In this document: positions 11,033-20,544 of the stretch, one piece after another | Position numbering within the stretch: the first letter of the stretch is position 1 | Layout of the letters: each line of letters begins with the position of its first letter | Source of the DNA: an uncultured Chloroflexia bacterium | GTDB taxonomy: Bacteria; Chloroflexota; Anaerolineae; B4-G1; SLSP01 | Assembly (NCBI GenBank): GCA_963751345.1 | Contig: CAVVUS010000011.1 | Location: 384,001-448,000, forward strand | Direction: 5' to 3' | Length of the DNA: 64,000 nucleotides | The notes under the pieces: model-generated | What the model was told of the DNA's origin: nothing | Seen by the model: the letters and a program-made list of their open reading frames with translations, nothing else | Databases searched by the model: none | Program-made: the position numbers and the translations under genes

Positions 11033-11875
11033 GTGGGCCTCGGCGAGCCAGAGCGCCTCGGAGAATCTGAGGGCGCTCGTCTTGAGGGCGACGTGCAGCC
11101 GGATGATGACAGGCTGCAGCCGGTCGCGGTTCGGGTTCGAGGTTTACCCGCTCCCGATACACTGGAGTTCGGCCTTCCCCAGGGCGACGTCTGCCTGGTG
11201 ACGGATGACGGCTCCGAGATTGCGCCCGCCGTGGTCGATCGGCTGACGACGCTTGGGTGGCCCGTGGTGATGCTGGGTCTGCCGGAGGGTGTGCAGCGCG
11301 AAGCGCCTGCCCGCGTGCCACGCTCTACGCCGGCGGTGCCGGTGATCGGTCTGACGGGGGTTGAGGAGTCGGACATTCGTGAGGCGCTGGCGCGCGTCCG
11401 GGCGGAACACGGTCCCGTGGGCATATGTATCTACCTGCATCCGCGCTTCCCCGCGCGCTCTCAGGCTGACCAGGCTCTGGCACCTGAGGACCGTGTCCTG
11501 CTGTCGGTCCCATTCCTGGTCGCCAAGATTCTTCAGCCGGATCTGGTAGCTGCGGCCACGGCCGCGCAAACCGAGACACTCAGCCGGGCCTGCTTTCTCA
11601 CGGTGACCGCGCTCGACGGTGTGTTGGGGCTCGACGGATGCGGCGATGCTGGCCCGATGGCCGGCGGGGTCGCAGGTTTGACCAAGACGCTCAGGCTGGA
11701 GTGGCCTGACGTCTACTGTCGTGCCGTCGATCTCGACCCTCGGCTGGCTGCCGATCAGGCCGCGGACGCGATCCTCGCGGAACTGCGGGATCCCAACCGT
11801 TTGGTGGCTGAGGTAGGGTATGGTCCCGAGGGACGGGTGACGCTGGAACAGGCCGATGGGCAGATCAGCAAATGA
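11033..11875 (+). CDS. KR N-terminal structural subdomain of the PfaA-like synthase (HglF-like)
   Basis: VCLVTDDGS, FLTVTALDGVLG, GGVAGLTKTLRLEWPDVYCRAVDL; lies in the -1 frame right after the ACP ORF. Confidence 0.75.
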   Translation: MGLGEPERLGESEGARLEGDVQPDDDRLQPVAVRVRGLPAPDTLEFGLPQGDVCLVTDDGSEIAPAVVDRLTTLGWPVVMLGLPEGVQREAPARVPRSTPAVPVIGLTGVEESDIREALARVRAEHGPVGICIYLHPRFPARSQADQALAPEDRVLLSVPFLVAKILQPDLVAAATAAQTETLSRACFLTVTALDGVLGLDGCGDAGPMAGGVAGLTKTLRLEWPDVYCRAVDLDPRLAADQAADAILAELRDPNRLVAEVGYGPEGRVTLEQADGQISK

Positions 11876-13853
11876 GCAGATCGATGCATCGACGGATCTG
11901 CAGACGGACACACGGGCATATGACGATGGAATACAGTGGCGGGTCGATGGCTGCCCCGCTGACGCGGGAGCGAATAGCGTGACGATAGGGAGTGAGATGG
12001 CATTGGGCCGTGACCGAATGCCTACGGATCAGACAGTGTTTCTGGTCAGCGGCGGGGCCAAGGGCATCACGGCTGCCTGTGTCATTGCGTTGGCCCGCCG
12101 GTATAGGAGCCGCTTCATCTTGGTGGGGCGTTCGCATTTTGAGGCGAACGCCGAACCTGCGTGGGCTGCGGACGCTGCCGGTGAGGCCGATCTGAAGCGC
12201 CTGGCAATGGGAGCTCTTGCCGCTTCGGGGGAGCGTCCCACGCCCCGTCGTGTCCAGCAGATGGTGGCCCAGGTGACCTCCCAGCGGGAGATCGCCGCCA
12301 CGCTTGACGCCATTGCCGAGGTGGGCGGGACTGCGGTCTATGTCGCGGCCGACGTGACGGACGGCGAGGGGCTGGCGGTGGCTGTGGCACAGGCCGCCGA
12401 CGAGGTCGGTGCTGTCAATGGCATTGTCCACGGGGCCGGCCTACTGGCCGACAAGCTAGTGCAGGACAAGAGTGCAGCGGACTTCGACCGCGTGGTCTCC
12501 GTCAAGGTGGATGGCCTCCGCAACCTGCTCGCCGTTGTTCCGACCGAACGCCTCGAGTACCTGGTCCTCTTCTCGTCCGTCGCCGGCTTCTACGGCAATG
12601 TGGGTCAGGCCGACTACGCGGTGGCAAACGAGGTACTTAACAAGATGGCCCACTGGGTGCGGGCCCATTCGCCCGCGTGCCACGTGGTATCGGTAGACTG
12701 GGGTCCGTGGGATGGAGGGATGGTCACGCCTGAGCTCAAGAAGCAGCTTGCCCTGCGGGACATCAAAGTCATCCCAATCGAAGAGGGGACGGAGATCCTG
12801 GCCGATCTGCTGAGGCCGCGCCGCGTCGTTGGCCGCGCGAACTCACAGGTGATCGTTGGGAGTCCAATGCTCCCACCACTGCGTCAGCCTCCCACGGAAG
12901 AGCGCACCTACCACATTCGGCGCAGGCTGCGCGTCGAGGACAATCCCTTTCTCCTCGACCACGTCATCGGCGGAAATGCCGTGCTTCCCACGGTCTGCGC
13001 TGTTGCCTGGATGGCCAATGCCTGCGAGCAGCTCTATCCGGGGTACCAATTCCTGCGTGTGGATGACTACCGCGCACTCAAGGGCATCGTCTTCGACGAG
13101 GATCTTGCGGCAGAGCATACGCTGGATCTCCGCGTGCGAGCAGGTCGCCCTGAGAGCTCGGCAGCCGATGATCGCCGTACCGGGCGGCCGGGGGATCCCG
13201 CGGTTCCATCCACGATCGAGCGACTGAGTACAGTCGAGGCGGATGCGCTGATATGGAGTGACTCGGGTGGGGATCTGCCGCGCTATCACTACCGCGCCCA
13301 AGTGACGCTCTGCCGGACGTTGCCCGATGCGCCCACGCACCCCGTCCCCGACGCCGGTGTCGCGCCGGTGTTGAGGGGCGCCGATCTCTATGCGGATCGA
13401 CGTCTCTTCCACGGTCCGGGCTTCCAGGGGGTGCAGGAGATCCTCACGATGGATGAGACCGGCCTGACGATGAAATGCCTTTTGCCTCCCCTCTCGAGTG
13501 CGACGCAGGGGCAGTTTCCGGTGCAGGTGTTCAACCCCTACGTGGTCGATGTCCAGCTCCAGAGCTTGTTGGTCTGGGCCAATCACTATTTCGGCTATGG
13601 TGGGCTGCCCCTGCGCATCCGGCGGGGTGTGCAGTACCTGCCCTTGCGGTTCGGCGAGACCACTTACGCGTCGATGTACGTCAGGTCGCGGAGTCCTCGC
13701 AGTCTGGTCGCCGATGTGCTGATCTACGACGACGCGGGCATCGTTCATATGGAGGTGCGGGGCGCTGAGATCACCCTGAGCGAGCGACTCAACACGCTCT
13801 TCGAGCAGAATCGGTTGGAGATGGCCCTGCCGGTTGAGAACGGAGCCCTGTAA
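11856..13853 (+). CDS. ketoreductase plus PKS-type dehydratase (PfaA C-terminus/HglG-like); true start possibly ~11997 or ~12018
   Basis: LVSGGAKGITA, HGAGLLADK, FSSVAGFYGNVGQADYAVAN, WGPWDGGMV; DH motifs FLLDHVIGGNAVLP and LFHGPGFQ. Confidence 0.88.
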   Translation: MGRSANEQIDASTDLQTDTRAYDDGIQWRVDGCPADAGANSVTIGSEMALGRDRMPTDQTVFLVSGGAKGITAACVIALARRYRSRFILVGRSHFEANAEPAWAADAAGEADLKRLAMGALAASGERPTPRRVQQMVAQVTSQREIAATLDAIAEVGGTAVYVAADVTDGEGLAVAVAQAADEVGAVNGIVHGAGLLADKLVQDKSAADFDRVVSVKVDGLRNLLAVVPTERLEYLVLFSSVAGFYGNVGQADYAVANEVLNKMAHWVRAHSPACHVVSVDWGPWDGGMVTPELKKQLALRDIKVIPIEEGTEILADLLRPRRVVGRANSQVIVGSPMLPPLRQPPTEERTYHIRRRLRVEDNPFLLDHVIGGNAVLPTVCAVAWMANACEQLYPGYQFLRVDDYRALKGIVFDEDLAAEHTLDLRVRAGRPESSAADDRRTGRPGDPAVPSTIERLSTVEADALIWSDSGGDLPRYHYRAQVTLCRTLPDAPTHPVPDAGVAPVLRGADLYADRRLFHGPGFQGVQEILTMDETGLTMKCLLPPLSSATQGQFPVQVFNPYVVDVQLQSLLVWANHYFGYGGLPLRIRRGVQYLPLRFGETTYASMYVRSRSPRSLVADVLIYDDAGIVHMEVRGAEITLSERLNTLFEQNRLEMALPVENGAL

Positions 13854-16800
13854 TGGGCAAAGCCGGCATCATTGGTATGGACTGCGTCTTCGGGGACGCG
13901 GGCGACCTTGAGGTGTTTGCTCGCCTGGTCTATGTGGGCACGCCGTTACCCCTTGGTGCGCCTCAGATGTCGCCTGAGAGCGGGACCTCCACGCCAGGCG
14001 GGCTTGCTCTGCTCGTGAAGCGGCTCCTGGGCGCTCGACCCTCAGGGATGAGCGACGGGCCCGCCCCTCAGATCGGGGCCATTGTCTGCGCTACGGAAGC
14101 GAGTGTGGACGCAGCCACGATGGCGGCGACGCTCTCGTTCTATGGCACACCAGGTCCGAGCGAGGGCTTCGACCTGGGCCGGATCGCGGAGGCGTTGGAG
14201 CTCGCCCAGGCGTGGTTGACCCAGGGGGCCGCAGATCTGGTTCTGCTGGCGTCACACGATCAGGTCGGCACCTGTGGCATCGTGATAGCACCTGCCCAGG
14301 CCGTTTCCCCGGCTCGCATCTACGCTCTCGTCGAGAGCGTCACCGTGGGCGTCACAGAGCAAGGCTCCGCGCTCTATCGTCGGGGCTTGGCGGAGGCTGG
14401 CGCGACCCCGGCCGAGGTCGGGCTGCTGCAGGTCTCTGACTGGCCACCCAGTGCGGAGTTGGCTGCCGGATACATGACAGCATCTGAGGATCTCACGTGC
14501 GCTGTGGGCACGACGCCCGTAAGGCCGGACCCGCAGGGCGGTAGACCACCGGGCGAGGGCGCCGTATCCCCGCTCTGGAACGTGATCAAGGCGGCGCTCT
14601 GTCTCCACCGACGAGTGATCCCACCGACCGGCTTGTATTCCTTGCCGGTGACGGAATCCGCCGAAGCCGGCGTGCCCATTCGCGGCTCATCCGGCTGGCA
14701 GGACACACCTTTCTACATCGTACCGGAAGCCCGACCGTGGTTTGCGGGAAACGGGCGCCGCATCGCCTCCATTGTTCGCGAGGCGGACGTGGCCTGGCAG
14801 ATCGTCCTGTCGGAGCCTGCCCCGTCTCGGGAGATCGGGACATCCGGACGTATGGCCATCCGGCCCGGAGCAGCCGGTGAACCGAGCGTCCTTTTGCCCA
14901 TCGCCGGTGAGGACAAAGGCCAGATCCTCTCGCGGATGGACGCACTCCGTCGAAGTCTCGAGGGGGGAGCGTCGCTGCCGTCGGTGGTTGAGGCTGCCTA
15001 CGAGCGGTATGCCGCCGAGGCGGAGGCCCCCTATGCCCTCGCCCTGGTGGGGCGCAGGTCCGGGCGGTCGGAGTTGAAGGACGCGATCCTGAAGGAGATG
15101 GCGTTTGCGGCTGAGGGCGTCGAAGGGGCGGACCGGCAGGAGTGGCAGACGCCCGGTGGTAGCGTCTTCACGGCGCACCCGCTTGGGTCGCAAGGGGTGG
15201 CCTTCGTCTATCCTGGGGCGTTCAACTCCTACATCGGCCTGGGCAAGGACCTCTTCCAGCACTTTCCGGATCTGCACGAGCGCCTCTCCGGCCTGGTGTC
15301 CGATCTGGGGCGGGCTGTAGCCGATAGACATATCTATCCGCGCAGCCGAACGCGTCTGACGGAGAAAGACCTCGCTGGACAGGCAGGAGCAACTTACCGC
15401 AGACCCGCCGGCGCTGATCGAGTCGGGCACGGTCTTTGCCGTTGCTCACACGCACGTCATGTGCGAGGCATTCGGGGTGCAGCCACAGGCGGCGCTGGGC
15501 TACAGTCTGGGCGAAACGAGTATGCTCTGGGCGGCAGCCGTATGGCAGGACGGTGACGCGGGCGCGAGCGCTATGCGGTCGTCGCCTCTCTTCGGGGATC
15601 GAATTGTGGGGCCCAAGGCAGCGGTCCGTGAACACTGGGGCCTCGGTCCCGAAGAGGATGTCGATTGGGCGGTATTCCTGCTCAAGGCGCGCGTCCACGA
15701 TGTCCAGGAGGCGCTCAAGCGAGAGCCCCGGGTCTATCTGACGCTGGTCAACCAGCCCGGCGAGGTGGTAATCGCGGGCGACGCAGCCGGCTGCCAACGC
15801 GTCGTCGACGCCCTTGCGTGTCACGTGCTGCCCGTTCCCTACGACGTCGTCATCCACGCCGAGGCCATACGATCAGAGTACGGGGCGTTCGCCGAACTCT
15901 ATACGCATCCCGTGGCCAACCGCCCTCCGATGGATTTCTACTCGGCGGCGGACTACGGGCCTCTCACATTGGACAGCGCCGCGCTGGCGGACGCGATGGC
16001 GAGGATGACGTGCCAGCCCGTGGATTTCCCGCGCCTGGTTCAGCGCGTCTACGACGATGGCGCGCGTGTTTTTGTGGAGCTGGGTCCTCTCGGCACGTGC
16101 ACGCGGCGGATCAAGCGGATTCTGCGGGGCAGACCTCACGGCGCTGTGGCGATCAATCCTGGTGTTGGGGATGATTTCGATGGTGTTGTCCGCGCGCTCG
16201 CGTACCTTGTAGCGCATCGCGTGCCGATGGATCTTTCACCGCTATACGCGAGCGAGGCCGCGCTCCCTGTCCTTCCGGTTCTGTGGGCGGAGCCTGAGAT
16301 GGTAGAGGCGCCCTCGCCGTCTGAGGCGCCTTCGCCGTCCGAGGCGCCTTCGCCGTCCGAGGCGCCTTCGCCCCAGTCCCTTGAGGTGCTCCTGGAGGCG
16401 TATGGTCGCCGGCTGCTTCCCCACCGGCAGAGAGTGGCGATGTCGCACGAGAGATTCCTCGCGGCCCGCCATGCTGCCCAGGTGGGGGCCGGCGCCTTGA
16501 TTGACATGCAGCTTTCTGTAGGTCGGGTCATGCTGGGGACGCAGGTCCGGGTTCCCCATCGCGCCACCCCCCCCGCTCCTCCGCCTCCCTACGGGGAAGC
16601 GGAACTGCGCGCCTTCGCAATGGGTGACGTGGAGCGATGTTTCGGTCCTGATTTCGCCGTGTATCGCGGCAGGCGTCTGCCCAGGATCCCGAACGGGGAT
16701 CTGCTCTTGATGAGCAGGATTGTGCACATCGCGGGGAATTCAGACGACGGGCGTCATGCCGGCGCACCCGGTGCAGGACGCGGGCCGCCGTTCCGGTGCG

Positions 16801-17818
16801 GCGGGCGCTGCTGTGCCCGCCTTGCAGGGCGAGCACGCCCTCGTGAGCGAGTTCGATGTGCCGGATGATATCTGGTTCTATCGGGAGGCGGGCGCAGCCA
16901 CTCGTGGCTATCCCGGACTGCCACCTCACATCGCCTTGATGGAGATGGGGCTGCAGCCTTGTGGCTTCCTTTCGGCGCATCTGCGTTCCTCACTGCTCCT
17001 GCCGGAGGCGGATCTCTATTTCCGGAATCTGGATGGGGACGGCCGTATACTTGCGACTCCGGATCTCAGAGGGCGGACGGTTACCAATGAAGTGCGTATG
17101 CTCTCATCCGTACGCGGGCAGGGCACGATCCTCCAGAGCTTCGCGTATGGCCTCTCGTGCGAGGGCCAGCGATTCTACGAGGGTGAGGCGACCTTCGGCT
17201 ACTTCCGGCTCGATGCCCTGGTGCGTCAGGTGGGGCTCGATGGTGGGATGGAGGTCCGACCGTGGTTGGGGGATGCGTTGACTACGCCGTGCGGCTGAGG
17301 TCAGCCGTGCGCCGGCCGGCGGTGGGGTCCGTATTCCTCCGGCGCCGACGCCCGCCGTGCGGCAGTTGCAGGTCCTGGATGACCTGGTCGTGGTCCCCGA
17401 CGGTGGGCAGCATGGCAAAGGATACCTGTACGCCACGGGTTCGATCTCCCCTCGCGATTGGTTCTTTCACGCGCACTTCTACCAGGACCCCGTTATGCCG
17501 GGCTCGCTGGGCGTAGAGGCCGCACTTCAGGCGATGGCCTCCTATGCCCGGTGGAAGTATCCTGAGTTTGCGGCTGCCGGCGTTGGGTATCCGGTGGATG
17601 CTCACGCTGAATGGCGATACCGGGGCCAGATCACGCCCCAGGATAGGGACTGGTCGCTGGAGGTCCACATCTCCAATGTTGAGGAAACGCGCGATAGCGT
17701 GACGCTTGTCGGCGACGTGAGCGTCTGGAAGGCAGATCCTGAGCGGATTGGCGGCGCAGGTCGCCGGATCTATGAGGTGTCCGGCCTGGCGGTTCGGCTG
17801 GAGCACCCTCAGGGCTGA
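13853..17818 (+). CDS. PfaB/PfaC-like fusion: degenerate KS-like region, PfaB-type AT and two FabA-like DH domains (3 apparent frameshifts)
   Basis: WQTPGGSVFT, FVYPGAFNSYIGLG, GYSLGE, VFVELGP, RIPNGDLLLMSR, LMEMGLQPCGF, YFRNLDG and DWFFHAHFYQDPVMPGSLGVEA across ORFs 13853..15556, 15459..16868, 16720..17298 and 17357..17818; TAATG overlap with the upstream gene. Confidence 0.82.
16305..16372 (-). repeat. 18-nt tandem array, GCGCCTC(A/G)GACGGCG family, reverse orientation
   Basis: (gaggcgccYtcgccgtcY) x3.8; encodes EAPSPS. Confidence 0.9.
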
Positions 17819-17875
17819 TGTACCTGAAAATCTCCCAGCGGGCTGTGGCTGCCCGCGGAAGGCAGAAAGAGCACT

Positions 17876-19522
17876 ATGGTAGAGTATTCTCGAGCGCCGT
17901 CGGGTATGGCCGGGCTCGTGTGGTACGGTCGCCCCGACTCAATTGCGTACGATGAGCCCCGCATCCTGGAGAAAATCGAGAATCTGGATGCGCCCTGCTA
18001 TGTCGTCTATTCGAAGAATGGCAGCTCGGCGGATGACGAATCGGACCACCGGTCCATCGGGGTGACCAACGAGGGCGAGCTGTCGTCTTCCGGGACCTCC
18101 CCCTCGGAGGCTGAGAATCAGACGGGGTCCGAGGTTCGTGACTTCGCGTTTGTGACCCCTGCTATGTCTCGTCGGTCGCTGGGGGATCCCCGGTTCGTCG
18201 AGACCTACGGGTTGGAGTGCGCCTATATGGCCGGGGCCATGGCGAACGCCATCGCCAGCGAGGAGATGGTGATCGCTCTGGGCCGCGCGGGTATGCTGGG
18301 ATCCTTTGGCGCGGGTGGCCTCTCCCCGAGCCGGCTCGAGGCATCGATCCGCCGGATTCAGGAGGCGCTGCCTGATGGGCCCTACGCTGTCAACCTGATC
18401 CACAGCCCCAATGAGCCGGCTGCCGAAGAGCGAGCCGTCGATCTCTTTCTGCAGTACGGTGTCCACACCGTCGAAGCGTCTGCATACCTGGCCCTGACAC
18501 CTCACGTCGTGCGCTACCGGGCCGCCGGCCTGGCGGAGGATGGCGCCGGCAATGTCATCATCAGGAATCGGATCATTGCCAAGCTGTCGCGACGGGAGGT
18601 CGCCGCACACTTTCTGCAGCCTGCTCCCACGAGGATGCTGGCGCAACTCGTCGAGCAGGGCCTGATCACGACACAGCAGGCCGCACTCGCGGAGCGTGTG
18701 CCGATGGCGGATGACATCACCGTGGAGGCGGACTCCGGTGGCCATACAGACAACCGCCCGTTGGTCTGTATGTTGCCATCCATCCTCGCGCAGCGGGATG
18801 AGGTCCAGGCCGAGAGAGCCTATGCTACGCCGGTGCGCATCGGCGCTGCAGGGGGCATCGGGACGCCGCTCTCGGCCTTTGGTGCTTTCATGATGGGAGC
18901 GGCATACGTCGTGACGGGCTCGATCAACCATAGCTGCGTGGAAGCGGGCACGTCAGAGCACGTGAAGGCGCTGCTGGCTCAGGCTGATATGGCCGACGTC
19001 ATGATGGCCCCCGCAGCGGACATGTTCGAGATGGGCGTGAACCTGCAGGTGCTCAAGCGCGGCACGATGTTTCCGCTGCGCGCCCGCAAGCTATATGAGC
19101 TCTACCAGACCTACGACTCATTGGAGGCTATCCCGGCACCCGAGCTGGCGAAGTTGGAGAAACAGGTGCTCCGAAGGTCGGTGGACGATGTCTGGGAGGG
19201 GTGCGTGGATTTCTTCAGCGAGCGAGATCCCCGCCAGATCGAGCGCGCCAGGGAAAACCCAAAGCGCAAAATGGCCCTCGTCTTCCGATGGTATCTGGGT
19301 CTGGCAACGCGTTGGGGTATCGCCGGCGAGCGGGGCCGCGAGCTTGACTACCAGATCTGGTGCGGTCCGGCGATGGGAGCATTCAACGACTGGGCGCGGG
19401 GATCTGAGATGGAGTCGCCTTCGGGCCGCCGTGTCGCGGAGGTGGGCGGCGCGATTATGGATGGTGCGGCGCTACTCTACCGGAAGCAGATGCTCAAGCT
19501 GGGGGGCCTGCACGTGTCCTGA
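17876..19522 (+). CDS. pfaD: PfaD/HglA-family FMN-dependent enoyl reductase
   Basis: AYMAGAMANAIAS, VEASAY, IIAKLSRREVA, ITVEADSGGHTDNRP, GAAGGIGTP, MAPAADMFEMGV and YQIWCGPAMGAFN. Confidence 0.93.
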   Translation: MVEYSRAPSGMAGLVWYGRPDSIAYDEPRILEKIENLDAPCYVVYSKNGSSADDESDHRSIGVTNEGELSSSGTSPSEAENQTGSEVRDFAFVTPAMSRRSLGDPRFVETYGLECAYMAGAMANAIASEEMVIALGRAGMLGSFGAGGLSPSRLEASIRRIQEALPDGPYAVNLIHSPNEPAAEERAVDLFLQYGVHTVEASAYLALTPHVVRYRAAGLAEDGAGNVIIRNRIIAKLSRREVAAHFLQPAPTRMLAQLVEQGLITTQQAALAERVPMADDITVEADSGGHTDNRPLVCMLPSILAQRDEVQAERAYATPVRIGAAGGIGTPLSAFGAFMMGAAYVVTGSINHSCVEAGTSEHVKALLAQADMADVMMAPAADMFEMGVNLQVLKRGTMFPLRARKLYELYQTYDSLEAIPAPELAKLEKQVLRRSVDDVWEGCVDFFSERDPRQIERARENPKRKMALVFRWYLGLATRWGIAGERGRELDYQIWCGPAMGAFNDWARGSEMESPSGRRVAEVGGAIMDGAALLYRKQMLKLGGLHVS

Positions 19523-19569
19523 GTACTGTTGAGCGTAGGATCTGTAGTGTTCCAGCCAGGAGGTCAGCG

Positions 19570-19809
19570 ATGATGAAGAAAGTCTGTCCGAACTGCCGGT
19601 CGACGCGCATCATACCCAATGCCGACGCGGTCGAAACCCAGAACCTCTCGATCCGGATCTACGAGCAACCGGATCTGGCGCTGCGGCGCGAGCGCCGCTA
19701 TCCGCTGAAGGCCTGGGTCTGTCTGGACTGTGGCTTCACCCAACTCTACGTAAGCCAACCTGCGGAGCTGGCCCGCAGCTACGACCGCTTCCTCGGCCGG
19801 GAGGCGTAG
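19570..19809 (+). CDS. small zinc-ribbon protein
   Basis: CPNC...VCLDCGFTQLY; strong Shine-Dalgarno site AGGAGG. Confidence 0.7.
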   Translation: MMKKVCPNCRSTRIIPNADAVETQNLSIRIYEQPDLALRRERRYPLKAWVCLDCGFTQLYVSQPAELARSYDRFLGREA

Positions 19810-19811
19810 AA

Positions 19812-19860
19812 GGACGTCCGAACGTGGGAACGTTTCAACGTGAGAACGTTCCCACGTCCG
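19812..19860. repeat. palindrome built from 8-nt ACGT-core units between convergent genes (possible bidirectional terminator)
   Basis: gacgtccg aacgtggg aacgtttc aacgtgag aacgttcc cacgtccg; 13-bp arms acgtgggaacgtt and aacgttcccacgt. Confidence 0.7.
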
Positions 19861-19866
19861 TTCGCC

Positions 19867-20413
19867 TCACCACGCGACGGGCACCCGCTGAATGCGGTAT
19901 TGGCGGTCGAAGTACTGGACGTAGCGGTACTGTCTGCCGAATTCGTAGACACGGCGGGTCACGTCCACATCTTGTTGGCAGTAGTCGAATATCTCCTCAA
20001 CGCGGCCCTCTCGCCACCACTGCACAGCCTGCAGCCCGTCCGCGCTCTTCCCGACCTGAAGCGTTGCGGTCGCGACGGAGTCCAGTCTGAGTCGAAACCC
20101 CAGACGTTTCTGGATCTCAACCATCATGTCGAGGGTGGGGAGCTCTGCAAGAGCTCACGGCATCCGTGTACTGCTGCAGCACGATGTAGTCGAACCCGAG
20201 CAGGTTGTAGCCCACGATCGGGCCGTTCGTCGGACTGTGCGCGCGGTGCAGTAAGTCGAGCGCCAGTTGGGGCGCGTCAGCCTCGCTGTAGCGGTGGAAG
20301 GTCTCGTCCGATGTGTCGTAGGTGACCGCGACGGACATCCGCAGGCGCTCGGGATAGTGCCCACCGACTTCCTGGAACGAGTTCTGGGTCTCAAGGTCAA
20401 AGACGATCGGCAT
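19867..20413 (-). CDS. RNase H-like/DnaQ-family exonuclease domain protein (RNase_H_2 type; frameshift ~20140)
   Basis: IVFDLETQ, IVGYNLLGFD, RLRLDSVA...GKSADGLQAVQWW and YCQQDV across ORFs 20117..20413 and 19867..20127. Confidence 0.8.
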
Positions 20414-20544
20414 AGAGTGCTCCTTTGGGCGCTAATAGCCACTGATGAGTAACGAGTGACGATTGATCGGAAGTGTCTTGGATGTAGTATGCCATGGTCG
20501 CGCGGTTGATCCGTGAAATCTGTGCAATCCTTCGAATCCGTGAT

